Counted from the stretch's first letter, positions 29,663 through 39,823 are shown. The stretch is 64,000 bases of DNA from an uncultured Phycisphaeraceae bacterium (GCA_964405925.1 CAYOQG010000002.1:2132-66131); one strand, 5' to 3'. The notes: generated from the sequence alone by a model not told the origin. Translations and numbers: made by a program.

Positions 29663-30934
29663 ATGCTTATGCAGAGACGACATTGCACTTTCGTACGCCG
29701 ACGTCAACGGTCCGCGGCGGCGCGTGTCTGCCGGTGCCTCTTGGCCGTCATTGCCGCGCTGGGACTGACGCCCCCGTTGGACACGTTGGCGGAAACAGAC
29801 GGAGTCATTGTCAGCGTCAAGACCGTCTCGCTGGACCTCGTCGAGGGGCAGCTGATCAAATTGTCGTTGGAAGACGGGTTGCTGCTCGAGGGGGCAGGCG
29901 CTGAGAGGCAGCACATCCCCATGAAGGATCTGGTATCTCTCAGGACCGGTGTGCCGGTCTCCATACGACCACACCAGGGCTATACCCTCCAATTCGCCAA
30001 TGGCGACGTGCTGCATGGAGACATCGCCGAAGGCGACGGTACGAGTGTCGTAGTCGAGACTCCGACATTCGGACGCCTCAAAGTCCCACTTGACTCGCTT
30101 GCACAAATGGTTGCCGCGGTTGCGACGCGATCGAGCCATCGCGACACCGCATCTTGGTTTGTACAGAAGAGCGCACTGGTGGAGGATGCCGTCCTTTTGA
30201 CGAATGGTGATGTCCTGCAGGGGTTTGTCGATTCGGTCGATGCGATTGGGATCACCATAGAGAGCGGTCTCGGCGACACGGTTGTGCCGCATCGCCTAGT
30301 CGTTGCCATGAGGCTGGCATCCCCTCAGTTGGGCTCACCGAGCCTGCCGCACGTGCTTGCTACGTTTCAAAGCGGATGCCGCCTTACGTTGACGGATCTC
30401 GACTGGGCCGGCCGCGCCACCGAAGCCCGCCTGTGGCGGACCGGTGGACCGCGGATCCAGTTTGCCGCCGATCAGGTCGTGAGGATCGAATTTGTGGGTG
30501 GGCGATGGGAATGGCTCACCGCCCATCACCCGATCAGCTTCGAGCATACACCGATGTTGTCGGTTGGATGGGAGTACGCCGTCGACCGCAACGTGCTCGG
30601 CGGACCGATCGAGGTCGACGGGCAAAGGTTCGACCACGGTGTAGGTGTGCACAGCCGGTCCCGGCTGATCTATGATCTTCAGGGCACGTACCGCGAATTC
30701 GTCACCTCGTTCGGAATCGACGATGACAGCGGACCGCATGCCGACGTGTCCGTCTCGATCTTCGTCGACGGACAGCGAGGCCTCACGCAAGAGCATGTCC
30801 GGCGCGGCAAGCTCTATGGGCCTGTCCGGATCGACACTCAACGGGCCAACCGGATTGAGTTGGTCGTCGACTTCGGTGAGAACGGATACATCCAGGACCG
30901 GTTCAACTGGGTCGAAGCCGCGCTCATCCGTTAG
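29663..30934 (+). CDS. NPCBM/NEW2-like domain protein
   Basis: The C-terminus is HGVGVHSRSRLIYDL...FGIDDDSG...VSIFVDGQ...RIELVVDFGENGYIQDRFNWVEAALI. The start is set at MLMQRRH (29663), because tracked ORF 28781..30934 merges it with an out-of-frame shadow of the previous gene. Confidence 0.7.
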   Translation: MLMQRRHCTFVRRRQRSAAARVCRCLLAVIAALGLTPPLDTLAETDGVIVSVKTVSLDLVEGQLIKLSLEDGLLLEGAGAERQHIPMKDLVSLRTGVPVSIRPHQGYTLQFANGDVLHGDIAEGDGTSVVVETPTFGRLKVPLDSLAQMVAAVATRSSHRDTASWFVQKSALVEDAVLLTNGDVLQGFVDSVDAIGITIESGLGDTVVPHRLVVAMRLASPQLGSPSLPHVLATFQSGCRLTLTDLDWAGRATEARLWRTGGPRIQFAADQVVRIEFVGGRWEWLTAHHPISFEHTPMLSVGWEYAVDRNVLGGPIEVDGQRFDHGVGVHSRSRLIYDLQGTYREFVTSFGIDDDSGPHADVSVSIFVDGQRGLTQEHVRRGKLYGPVRIDTQRANRIELVVDFGENGYIQDRFNWVEAALIR

Positions 30935-31493
30935 TGTGCTCATAGGCCATTCAGCCCACCAAAGTGGGCACTGCGGCCTCCCCGCATGCGGTCGCTCCCC
31001 GCTGCGCCCGCCTTGTCCGCACATTATCGGCCGTACCGGATGGGGACATGGTGCGGTGGGTCGCCGTGTCCTGCTCCGACTCCTGTGCAATACATGGTTC
31101 AAACGCGTCTCACCCAGGGAAAGGCAGGACAGAACGGACAGACTGCTGTCTCCCAATTGCCGAGCGGCCGATAAACCACGCTGTCTTTGCGGGTCAGTCC
31201 GAGAAGGCGCCCCCCCGGTCTGAACGCCCCGCGCCCGGCAGCACCTATCAGACCACATCCAGGACAAGATCTGCGCTTGCAAACGGGCTTTACGCGGGCT
31301 AACCTCTATAAATTGCGCGATCAACTGAAAAAGGGGGAATTCTCTGCCCACTCGTGGAATGGGGAACCGCGCAATCTCGCCTGCGGCGAGGCGGCTTGGG
31401 CGTCAGGAGGGAATCTCCGCATTGTGTGGCAGGCACCTGCCTGCGGATGATCCGCGTCCGCCACCGCGGACGGGGTTTTCGGGAGGAAAGAAT

Positions 31494-34400
31494 ATGAAGA
31501 CAGTCTCTGTCTCGAGGACACTTTTCACTTGCGTTTGGCTAGCTACCTGCGCACTCGTCGTAGCGGGTGATACACCGACCCACCTGCGACGGGCTGACGC
31601 CGCCGTCCTCGAACCGGTGCGGACCGAGAAGGTTGATGCCAAGTCTGGCCCGACATCGATGAGTCCAACGCGAGCGCTCACCGGCAGCGACTCCATCGCC
31701 TCGATCAAGCTGGCGACAGAGCGGCAGAAAGCGGTGGCACGCCCTGCCGAGCACTCACCTGCGGAAAAGCCAACCGACCGTGCCGATCACACGCAGGTAC
31801 ACGCCCGCTCCGAGTCGCCCGGAGCGCCTCGATCAGCCGTGTTGAAGGAGGAAACCGGCGGGTGTGGGCCCGAGTGCGATCTGTGCTGGATCGGGACACC
31901 CTTTGAGAATGACTGCCCCTGGGAGTGGGAGGATGACGGGGAATGTGACTGCGGGTGTCAGTTCCCTGATACCTCCGACTGCTTCGGACCTACGGGCGCG
32001 TGCTGCAATCCCCAGATTTCGAGCAACGAGTGCCTTCTAGACACGCTCTCGGTTGCCTGTCTGAGTGCAGGTGGAGCGTATATGGGTGATTGGAGCACGT
32101 GCATTGGGGCCAACTGCCCCCATCGGTGTGATCATTACGGGCTGCCTTGCGAATACTGCTACCTGGACACGATCTACGAATCCGCCTGCCCCACGCAATG
32201 GCAGGGAGACGGTTTCTGTGATTGTGGGTGCCAATTCACCGACACCGTCGACTGCCTTGGTGGAGTCGATCTGCCCGATCTGGTCATCCAGAGTTCCAGC
32301 CGAAGCCCCGCGACGGGGGTCGTCCCGGGTGGGACTGTCACCCTCTCGGATACGGTCGGGAACGAGGGCACCGCGGCAGCAGGCACGGAATTCTGGGCCA
32401 CGTGGTTCATTTCTCAAGATATAAACGTCACCACCGATGACTACGAGTGGGCCTACCACGATGTGGCATGCTGTCTGCAGCCGGGACAGACGGCCGGCGG
32501 ATTCGGCGATGTGCCCTGGCCGAATGTGGCTCCATATAACACGGCGGGACAGATTTACTATGTTGCGGTTATGGCTGACGACCTTAATGAGGTTCTCGAG
32601 CTCGACGAGTCCAACAACTGGGGCGCGGTCTGGCCTGTGGTCCTCGCAGGCGGCAGCACGGGCTGCCCCGGGGACGGCCTATGCTGCGAGGCGCACGCCG
32701 GAACCGGTTGCCAGGACCTGTCCTGCTGTGAGATCGTCTGTGCCTCGAATTCGTTTTGTTGTGATGTGGCGTGGATTCAAGCGTGCGCCGATCTCGCAAA
32801 CAACCTCTGCCCCGAACTCTGCTCCGGCCACGAAGCGTGTCCGGGTCAGGGAGACTGCTGCTCACCGAACGGCACGGTCGGTTGTGAGGATGCGACGTGC
32901 TGCAACATCGTATGTGCGGGAGATCCCTTCTGCTGCGACACCGAATGGGACGCAACCTGCGCCATCGCGGCAGAGGACCTCTGTGCCAGTTGCCCCGGGT
33001 ACGAACCAGACGCGTACGAGCCTGACAACACGCCTGTAACCGCAACGGTTGTCGGTTGCGGAGAGGTCCAGACACATACAATCCCGGTGAACGGGGACGT
33101 GGATTGGTTTGCCATTTCCCTGGACACGGGCGACGATCTCACCATCGAGACGTTCAATCTGGCGGGGGCAAACCCGGACACCGTCTTGGAGCTATATGAC
33201 AGCGGATGCACGTTGCTCATCTCTGACGATGACGGCGGTTCGGAGCTGTGGGCCTCTCGTATCCAATGGACGGCCAGCTATACCGGAGTCTATCTGATCA
33301 AGGCCCGTACCTTCGGAGGTGAGATCGATCACTGTGACGACCAGGGCGGCGGGCTGAAATCTTGCCAGTACGACATCGCCTTCGAATGTGGGTTCTGCTG
33401 CGATCCGCCTTTGCAGCCGGGCGACCGAGTCAGACTCTCGGGCGCCAACCCGGGCGGGGCGGTGAACCTTCCGGCGGGTGCCTGCGGAACCGTAGCCTGT
33501 TGTGATTCCGACGACCCTGCCCTGCCGATTCTTGTCAGTTGGGACAACTGGACAGACGGCCACAACAACACCGGACCTTGCGACACGACGCCGACACCCT
33601 TCCCCGATAATTCCGGCTGGTGGATGGCGTGTGATCAGATGCTGCTCGACGAGACCTGCGGGTCATGTCCGCCGCCGCCGGCGCCGGCTAACCCGACCCC
33701 GGTTGATGAAGGTACGCAAGTGCCCGTCGATGTGACGTTGTGCTGGGATGGGCTCGGTCAAACTGCCAAGGTCATCTACGGGGCGGATGATCGGCTGGAT
33801 GTGTACGAGGTCTCGGATCCGTCGCTTCGAGCGGTTGCCGACTCGACCGTGGGTCTTGTAACGAGGTCGCAACTGACGGAGAACCCGGACGGATCGTATT
33901 CATTACCGGCCACCCCCACGTTCGCCCAGTACATGCTCTCTGAAACGGGGTTGCCGCTGTGTGCGTCGGAGCCATTCCCTGATCAGCCCGTGCCTGCGTA
34001 TTGCTCCGGGTTCTTGGTCGGCCCGGATCTGATCGCCACCGCGGGACATTGCCTTGTCAACGCCGGCGAGTGCGCTACCAGAGCCTTCGTATTCGGGTTT
34101 GATATGGCCGATGCCAGCACACCGGTGCTCACCTATCCCGAAGACGACGTCTACTTCTGCGCTCAGATTGTCGGTCGTGTTCAGGTCGGTGACGGTCCCG
34201 ATTGGGGTGTCATACGCTTGGATCGACCGGTCGTGGGTCATACTCCGCTGCCGATTCGCCGCGCCGGGACCGTCCCGACCGGGCAGTCGCTCGTGATGAT
34301 TGGGCATCCGGTCGGCCTGCCAACCAAGATCGCCGGCGGAGCAACGGTCCGAGACAATAGCCCGGCATCCTACTTCCAGGCAAACGTCGATGCCTATGGT

Positions 34401-35294
34401 GGGAACTCCGGATCAGCCGTCTTCAATGCGACAACGCTGGAGGTGGAGGGTGTGTTGGTCCGCGGAAACGCCGATTTTGTCGAGAGCGGAGGATGCGTGG
34501 TGTCCCATCAGTGTCCGGACAGCGGGTGCCCGACGTGGGAGTCAGCCACGCGCGTCACAGAGTTTGTTCATCTGATCCCAGAGATCCAGACTCGCGAATA
34601 TGAGATCCAGTTCGAGGACTGTGATGGCATGGCTATGGCCATCACCGCAACCACAACCGAGAGCTGCTGGGCGCCGCCGACGTTGGACCCGGGCACGCGA
34701 TACTGCTGGCAGGTCACGGCCAAGAATGCTTGCGGTGAGACACCTGGACCGGTCTGGTCGTTCACCACCGTCTGTGATACGAACCTGACCACTGCAATGC
34801 CCGGCTACGACGAGAGTCTGTGGCGCTCTGCGAACAACATCGTCCGGCTGACATTTGACCAGGACATCAACGTGCCCAACGAAGGTGAGCTGTTAATCCG
34901 CGAGTTGCTCGACGGCGGCCTGTTCGGGCCAGATTTGTCGTCCTCCTTTACCGTCACCGTGGAAAACGACAACGGTGGACATCCGCGCGTACTGAAGATT
35001 CAGGAGAACGGCACGGCGCTGACCCACCGTACGTGGTATGGTATCTCCAGTCACTCGTGGGGCAGCGTGTGCGACTTCGAGGTGCACTACGTCGTTCAGG
35101 TTGGCGACGCGAGCAATGATGCCCAAGTGCTTGCGTTTGACGTGAGCGCCATCAATAGTGAGATCCCAACGTTCAGCGCAGCCGACGATGATCGCTGGGA
35201 CATCAACGGAGATGGCCGCATCCTGGCCTTCGATGTCAGCGTTACGAACGGAAGCATCCCGTCGTTCAACGTTGCGAAGCCAGGCGGGCATTAG
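31494..35294 (+). CDS. Giant secreted trypsin-like (V8/Glu-specific-type) serine protease with Cys-rich repeats, a pre-peptidase C-terminal-like domain and a dockerin-like tail
   Basis: An RBS (gggaggaaag) precedes ATG 31494, followed by the signal peptide MKTVSVSRTLFTCVWLATCALVVAG. The catalytic triad context is TAGHC, DWGVIRLD and GGNSGSAVF. The PPC-like segment is DAYEPDN...GDVDWFAISL. The C-terminal DINGDGRILAFDVS is dockerin/EF-hand-like. Confidence 0.8.
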   Translation: MKTVSVSRTLFTCVWLATCALVVAGDTPTHLRRADAAVLEPVRTEKVDAKSGPTSMSPTRALTGSDSIASIKLATERQKAVARPAEHSPAEKPTDRADHTQVHARSESPGAPRSAVLKEETGGCGPECDLCWIGTPFENDCPWEWEDDGECDCGCQFPDTSDCFGPTGACCNPQISSNECLLDTLSVACLSAGGAYMGDWSTCIGANCPHRCDHYGLPCEYCYLDTIYESACPTQWQGDGFCDCGCQFTDTVDCLGGVDLPDLVIQSSSRSPATGVVPGGTVTLSDTVGNEGTAAAGTEFWATWFISQDINVTTDDYEWAYHDVACCLQPGQTAGGFGDVPWPNVAPYNTAGQIYYVAVMADDLNEVLELDESNNWGAVWPVVLAGGSTGCPGDGLCCEAHAGTGCQDLSCCEIVCASNSFCCDVAWIQACADLANNLCPELCSGHEACPGQGDCCSPNGTVGCEDATCCNIVCAGDPFCCDTEWDATCAIAAEDLCASCPGYEPDAYEPDNTPVTATVVGCGEVQTHTIPVNGDVDWFAISLDTGDDLTIETFNLAGANPDTVLELYDSGCTLLISDDDGGSELWASRIQWTASYTGVYLIKARTFGGEIDHCDDQGGGLKSCQYDIAFECGFCCDPPLQPGDRVRLSGANPGGAVNLPAGACGTVACCDSDDPALPILVSWDNWTDGHNNTGPCDTTPTPFPDNSGWWMACDQMLLDETCGSCPPPPAPANPTPVDEGTQVPVDVTLCWDGLGQTAKVIYGADDRLDVYEVSDPSLRAVADSTVGLVTRSQLTENPDGSYSLPATPTFAQYMLSETGLPLCASEPFPDQPVPAYCSGFLVGPDLIATAGHCLVNAGECATRAFVFGFDMADASTPVLTYPEDDVYFCAQIVGRVQVGDGPDWGVIRLDRPVVGHTPLPIRRAGTVPTGQSLVMIGHPVGLPTKIAGGATVRDNSPASYFQANVDAYGGNSGSAVFNATTLEVEGVLVRGNADFVESGGCVVSHQCPDSGCPTWESATRVTEFVHLIPEIQTREYEIQFEDCDGMAMAITATTTESCWAPPTLDPGTRYCWQVTAKNACGETPGPVWSFTTVCDTNLTTAMPGYDESLWRSANNIVRLTFDQDINVPNEGELLIRELLDGGLFGPDLSSSFTVTVENDNGGHPRVLKIQENGTALTHRTWYGISSHSWGSVCDFEVHYVVQVGDASNDAQVLAFDVSAINSEIPTFSAADDDRWDINGDGRILAFDVSVTNGSIPSFNVAKPGGH

Positions 35295-35750
35295 GCTCAG
35301 GCTCCTGAACGACGTGAGAGTCTGGATAGCTGAGTGTCACGTGGGGCCCATTGGCTTTAGTGCCGAGTCGTTGACAGACGAACTGGACCGTATCCGTGCT
35401 GGTACGTGGATCTCGGTTGGCGACAGGACTCTTCGCCAGCCGGGGTCCAGCAAAACGTTGCGATTGGCTTGTGTCTGCGGCTGCGGGGGAGGGCGTTTGT
35501 TCAAGACAGAGACCGCTCTGAGACAGGCTCTGTTTCGGCGTCCCACTTGATGTCCCGCTCTTCCCTCTTGGTAAGGCGAGACAAGGCGAGGACCCGTCGG
35601 GCGACTTCGGATTACACCGGCAGATGGTTGGAGCTCGTTTCCGGTCTGTTCGCATAGTCGAGAGGACGCCGGTTTTCTGATTGACCGTCGCCGAGCGACC
35701 GATATGATGGGTTGATGGCATCTCTGACACTGCTGGTTGTAGCCCTCGCT

Positions 35751-36103
35751 GGGGGCGAATGGGTTCGACCGGGTGAGTGGAAGGGAGTGTGGCGTGCCGA
35801 GGTTGTCAGGGGGCCTCGTAAAACACCTGACGAAACTGTATATGGCGACTACACGTACGCCATGGCTGCCTAAAAAGTAGGTGGCCCGCTGAGCAGGAGA
35901 CGCCCGCTATCCTGTGAAGCGCTGATTTGTGGGCTAGCCTGCAGGTGACGCCTGACCGCTCGTGGGCGAAATGACAGTCGGGCTGGGGTCGGCACGAGCT
36001 TGTCAGCCGGCGCTTGCCGACTCGAGATCCAAACGACTGACTACGCACGTAGAAGCACTCCTGGAACCGCCGCGGGACGGGGGTTCGATTCCCCCCGCCT
36101 CCA
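35751..36103 (+). ncRNA. ssrA: tmRNA (SsrA)
   Basis: The 5' end is GGGGGCGAATGGGTTCGACCGGG and the 3' end is GGACGGGGGTTCGATTCCCCCCGCCTCCA. The acceptor stem GGGGGCG/CGCCTCC includes the G3:U70 alanine identity pair. An internal tag-like reading frame ends ...DYTYAMAA-TAA. Length is 353 nt and no CCA is encoded. Confidence 0.9.
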
Positions 36104-36108
36104 TTAAC

Positions 36109-36133
36109 TAAACCCTTGTCAATAAAGGGTTTA
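36109..36133 (+). terminator. AT-rich perfect hairpin immediately 3' of tmRNA (terminator and/or att-associated)
   Basis: TAAACCCTT-gtcaata-AAGGGTTTA has a 9-bp perfect stem. There is no T-tract, so its function is uncertain. Confidence 0.4.
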
Positions 36134-36175
36134 CGTCGACGAAAAACAGTGTCCCCAGTCAGTCCCTAGTGATTC

Positions 36176-37489
36176 TCACTTTAATGGGCCTTTCTGGGTC
36201 AACAACGCGTCGTCGATACCACTCTCGAACTTGGCGTACTCAGCGTGGAATGCGAATCGGTCCAGCCCACGATAATGGTCGTGGATGGGGTCGGCGGCGT
36301 GGCCCATTGCCACCTTCGAGACCTCGCGACGAATCTTGCTGACGTGTGCCCGGGTCCGGTGGTAGTGCCGCAGCCAATGCCATCGAAGCAGTGACCAGGG
36401 CTTACCCGTCTTCGGGTGCTTGTCCACGAGGACGCCGGCTTCAAGCGCGTAGCGTTTCAGCCGCATGAGCGTCCTGTTGCCTGCAACCTGATTGCCCGCT
36501 TGGCTCATGAAGACCCAGTCCGAAGCCTGGCCGAGGCCCATCGAGCCAATCACGCGAGCCAGCCGATCCGTGATATGGACCGGTCGGCGAGCCGCTCGGC
36601 TCTTGGGTATCCATAGGCCATCTGCCGTCAGGCAGCGTTTACGTAGCTCAGGGCGAACTCGATCGAGGTCGGGCCGCTTGATATCCAGGATGATCTCGCG
36701 CTCCTCCAGGTCGATGTCACCGACCTGAAGGAACTGGATCTCCTGAAACCGGAAGCCGCCCTCGCAGATGAAGATGATCAGGTTCACGATCTGCGTATCG
36801 AAGTGCTTCGCAGCAACTTCGATAACCGCGTTGATCTGATCCGGGTAGATCGTCGGCGGTGGCAACGTGTGCGTCGGCAAGCGGTCAAGCTCGGCCTGGC
36901 GACCGGGCGCCGCCGGGTTCGGACCGGGCATGAGCTTACGCTTGAAGACGACATACCCGTAGAAGTTGTGCACGGCGTCCATGTAGTGATTCGCCGTACA
37001 GGGACTCACGCCGGCTTCGTTCCGCAGGTGGGTTTGGAACTTGGCCAGCAATCTCGGGTTGACGTCTTGCACGAAGAGCAACCGCCTTTTCTCCATCCAC
37101 GTTCGCAGGCAGCTCAATCTGCCCTTGAGCTTCGTAATGTAGTCGTGGCTTCGACCCAGCGTCTCGATGTATCCGATGAAGGCATCGACCACCGGGCCCA
37201 TCCGTGTTCGCTGCGGCTCTCGTTCCTGCTCCGGGTAGTGTCGCTGCTTGAAGAGCTCTTCACTCTTGCGAGCCGCGACGAGCCGAGCGAACGAAAGATC
37301 CGTCTCGCGAGTGCTCCTGCTAATCCCTTTTTTGTAAGCGCGACTCCGGCCACGTCGACCGGATGCCGTTGGCTTCGCCAGCTCCCAGTACATCTGCCAG
37401 TAAGGGCTGCGCGGGGTTAGAAAGAGCGTGACCTCGCCGACGCGTTCCGACTTAGTCCACGCGTTCTTGCGCGCCTCCTTTCTCGCCAT
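36176..37489 (-). CDS. int: Tyrosine recombinase / phage-type integrase
   Basis: The C-terminal catalytic region is LLRWHWLRHYHRTRA...VAMGHAADPIHDHYRG (R..H..R/H..Y). Length is 437 aa and the gene is adjacent to ssrA. Confidence 0.9.
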   Translation of the reverse strand: MARKEARKNAWTKSERVGEVTLFLTPRSPYWQMYWELAKPTASGRRGRSRAYKKGISRSTRETDLSFARLVAARKSEELFKQRHYPEQEREPQRTRMGPVVDAFIGYIETLGRSHDYITKLKGRLSCLRTWMEKRRLLFVQDVNPRLLAKFQTHLRNEAGVSPCTANHYMDAVHNFYGYVVFKRKLMPGPNPAAPGRQAELDRLPTHTLPPPTIYPDQINAVIEVAAKHFDTQIVNLIIFICEGGFRFQEIQFLQVGDIDLEEREIILDIKRPDLDRVRPELRKRCLTADGLWIPKSRAARRPVHITDRLARVIGSMGLGQASDWVFMSQAGNQVAGNRTLMRLKRYALEAGVLVDKHPKTGKPWSLLRWHWLRHYHRTRAHVSKIRREVSKVAMGHAADPIHDHYRGLDRFAFHAEYAKFESGIDDALLTQKGPLK

Positions 37490-37492
37490 GCG

Positions 37493-37819
37493 TCACCTCC
37501 TTTTCCCGGAGATGCGCGGTTTACGGCGAAACTCTACCTGACCACTCTTGATCCCGTTGAGCCATTTCATCAGCTCGGGCAGGCGGTGGTACCACCGGTT
37601 CCCGAGCCGGAAACACGGGATATGAGTGTACGCGCGCTCCTGGCACCAGTCCACGATGGTTTTCGGGGACTTGCCCAGGACCGTGGCGAGTTCCGCCGAG
37701 GTGCACGGGTCCGAAAGGGTCGAAAGCTGCGGGTTGGCATTTGCCGGCGCGGACAGCGCCGGGCCAGAAGCAGTACCCTGAGTTGCGGCGTATCCCTGGT
37801 TGGCTTGCTCGGTCATCAT
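37493..37819 (-). CDS. xis: Excisionase-type helix-turn-helix protein (HTH_17/AlpA-like)
   Basis: TSAELATVLGKSPKTIVDWCQERAYTHIPCFRLGNRWYHRLPELMKWL fits the excisionase-family DNA-binding pattern. Its stop is 3 nt before the int start. Confidence 0.7.
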   Translation of the reverse strand: MMTEQANQGYAATQGTASGPALSAPANANPQLSTLSDPCTSAELATVLGKSPKTIVDWCQERAYTHIPCFRLGNRWYHRLPELMKWLNGIKSGQVEFRRKPRISGKRR

Positions 37820-37947
37820 TCACCCTCCGAGGCAACACGGCCTTTCGGGTTTCGCCGGACGTTGTCCGGCTGCGGCGCGTCCGGGCTGTTTTTGTCGGGC
37901 TGGGTGAGACCCCCTGGACGACCACCGGTCGCCTCGCCATGTGGGGC

Positions 37948-38295
37948 TCAGGTGGGATGGGACGCTTCTCGCGGAGCGACGAGGACGCTACCGCCGATAC
38001 GGAGGCCGACGAAGTCGCGCAAGCGCCGGCGCAATTGGCTTCCGCCTCCTACATCGCGAAGAAACACCGGCAATCTGTACTCGATGCACTCCGCAACGCC
38101 GGCGAGGTCGGCCTCGCTGAATACGATTTCGCGCTCTGGCAAGCTCGTATAGGCGGCGTCGTGGAAGAGCAGAAGCGCCGCGGTGATGGCGAACATCTCC
38201 GCATCGTTGGGCAATCTGCCGCCGGCGTCCGCGTCGAAGAAGCGTGTGCCAGTGAGGTCGTATTGGAGCATGGCATTCGTCCCCCCTTCCGACAT
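37948..38295 (-). CDS. Hypothetical protein (115 aa)
   Basis: An open frame lies between the neighbouring minus-strand genes. No family is recognised, and its coding status is only moderately supported. Confidence 0.45.
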   Translation of the reverse strand: MSEGGTNAMLQYDLTGTRFFDADAGGRLPNDAEMFAITAALLLFHDAAYTSLPEREIVFSEADLAGVAECIEYRLPVFLRDVGGGSQLRRRLRDFVGLRIGGSVLVAPREASHPT

Positions 38296-38301
38296 TGCGG
38301 T

Positions 38302-38580
38302 CTACGAAGCCGGTGTCGGGGCAGTGTCCTCGATCTCACGGAGCATCAGGTGCTCGTAGGCTTTGGAGACGACAAGCCCGAGCTTCGGCAGCTCGTCGGG
38401 TCGGAAGTAGGTCGTTGTCTTCCACTCGCCCGACTTCTCGTCTCGGTAGCGCTTCTGGATTCGGATGCTGTGCTGGGGAACGTTGCGTCCGTTCAGCGCT
38501 GTGGTCTTCGTCCAGATGGCAGCGACGACCGTCCCGGCTCGAAACTCATTGGTCGGCTTGTCTGATGGTCCGTTTGGCAT
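38302..38580 (-). CDS. Small conserved element protein, paralogue of 59434..59670 (possible PC4/YdbC-like ssDNA-binding fold)
   Basis: An RBS (aaggagaacaaga) precedes ATG 38580. FRAGTVVAAIWTKT...HSIRIQKRYRDEKSGEWKTTTYFRPDELPKLGLVVSKAYEHL parallels FGRIKAVIWGNE...HNVQIRRLYKDGDEWKQSDSFGRDDLPLVAKVADMANTWI. The fold assignment is a guess. Confidence 0.6.
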   Translation of the reverse strand: MPNGPSDKPTNEFRAGTVVAAIWTKTTALNGRNVPQHSIRIQKRYRDEKSGEWKTTTYFRPDELPKLGLVVSKAYEHLMLREIEDTAPTPAS

Positions 38581-38642
38581 TCTTGTTCTCCTTCGCATGT
38601 TCGCTACTATGCGTACACTGATCGCAAAAAAACATCGGGCCT

Positions 38643-39425
38643 CTACCCGCCTGCAATACGTTCTTCCGTGGGGCTGAAAAGGTCGTAACGTTTGGCGATG
38701 CCGGCTACGATGTCGATGGATTCGAGGCCTGCGTCCTTGCCGGCGGGGCTAAGCAGGCGATCGACCATGTTCTGCGGCAACAGCGGGCCCGCGTTCGAGA
38801 TCCGCGGCTGAATCTCACAACAACGATAGACGGCGGTCGAGAGCGAAACCTCAAAGCGACGGGTAATCAGCGGGAGTAGGCGTTTGCGCCAGAGCCATTC
38901 GGACTCGGGTGTTGCCTGCATGAGTTGGAGCGTGCAGCGGGCCCGATCCATGCCGTGTTGGTCATAGAGGCGTCCTAGCTCTCGCTCTAACAGCGGAAGC
39001 GGGACCAGGAAGGCGGCCGCAAATCGATCCGCTTCACGTTCAAGCTTTCCCGGAGATCCCGGTCCTTCGGCCGGTGTCTCGTGAAAAACGTCGCGGGCCC
39101 TGGCGTGCAGCGTCAGGTGCCCGAGCTCGTGAGCGCACGTAAAGCGACATCGCCCTTCGTGTTCCGTGACGCGCTCGTCGATGAGGATCTCCCGTTCTTT
39201 GGCGAATGTGGCCCCAAGGACATCGTGGCCGAGGTGCGAGAGATCGCTAATGCCGAAGCGTATACCGAGCGGCCCTTCGATCCAGTCTTCGACGGGGACG
39301 GGTAGGGGAATCTCCTCCAGCCCGAGCTTCCTACGGCATCGTTCGAGGCATGTCAGCGCGCGGGTTTCGATCATCCGTCTACCGTAACGGGGCTGAAAAA
39401 CCTTAGCTCGCGTAAGCTCGGCCAC
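38643..39425 (-). CDS. ImmA/IrrE-family zinc metallopeptidase (DUF955)
   Basis: The HEXXH motif occurs in the context CAHELGHLTLH. The gene is directly downstream of an XRE repressor gene. Confidence 0.8.
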   Translation of the reverse strand: MAELTRAKVFQPRYGRRMIETRALTCLERCRRKLGLEEIPLPVPVEDWIEGPLGIRFGISDLSHLGHDVLGATFAKEREILIDERVTEHEGRCRFTCAHELGHLTLHARARDVFHETPAEGPGSPGKLEREADRFAAAFLVPLPLLERELGRLYDQHGMDRARCTLQLMQATPESEWLWRKRLLPLITRRFEVSLSTAVYRCCEIQPRISNAGPLLPQNMVDRLLSPAGKDAGLESIDIVAGIAKRYDLFSPTEERIAGG

Positions 39426-39439
39426 GTATCACCTTTTGA

Positions 39440-39823
39440 TCAACGCCGCTTGTCCCCGGTCATTCGCTTCGCTTGGCCGATGAGGCGGTCCCATTGCTCA
39501 GGCGTGAGCTTTCGGGCCGTGCGCAGAAACTCGGGCACCTTCGCGGCCGTAGTGGCGTCCTGGTTGGCAACTTCCGCCACGACGGTGTCGGCCCGCTGCC
39601 AGCCTGATCGCAGGTCAGCCTCCGGCATGCCGTACGCCGCAGCGATTCTCTTGAGCAAGTCCTCCGAGGGTGTTCGGCGCCCCTTCTCGATGTCCGTCAG
39701 ATGGGCTGGCGCGATGCCGAGAATTCTCGCCATCTCGCGCAAGCCCTTCTTGAGTGTTTCCACACGTTGTGCTCGGAGGACCTCGCCGATGGGTTGTTGT
39801 CTGTATGGTCTCTTCTGGGCCAT
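39440..39823 (-). CDS. XRE-family HTH transcriptional regulator (ImmR-like)
   Basis: LREMARILGIAPAHLTDIEKGRRTPSEDLLKRIAAAYG is a classic XRE HTH. The start is set at MAQKRPYRQQ (cat 39821..39823). Confidence 0.8.
   Translation of the reverse strand: MAQKRPYRQQPIGEVLRAQRVETLKKGLREMARILGIAPAHLTDIEKGRRTPSEDLLKRIAAAYGMPEADLRSGWQRADTVVAEVANQDATTAAKVPEFLRTARKLTPEQWDRLIGQAKRMTGDKRR

Noticed and set aside
30335-31351. A 338-aa minus-strand ORF. Similar long antisense ORFs include 55289..56380, 26668..27627, 27830..28522, 16130..16906, 25135..25779, 18926..19588 and 46708..47283.
   Set aside because: These lie antisense to well-supported genes. Their composition is Arg/Pro/Gly/Ser-rich and they carry no motifs, which makes them typical high-GC shadow ORFs.
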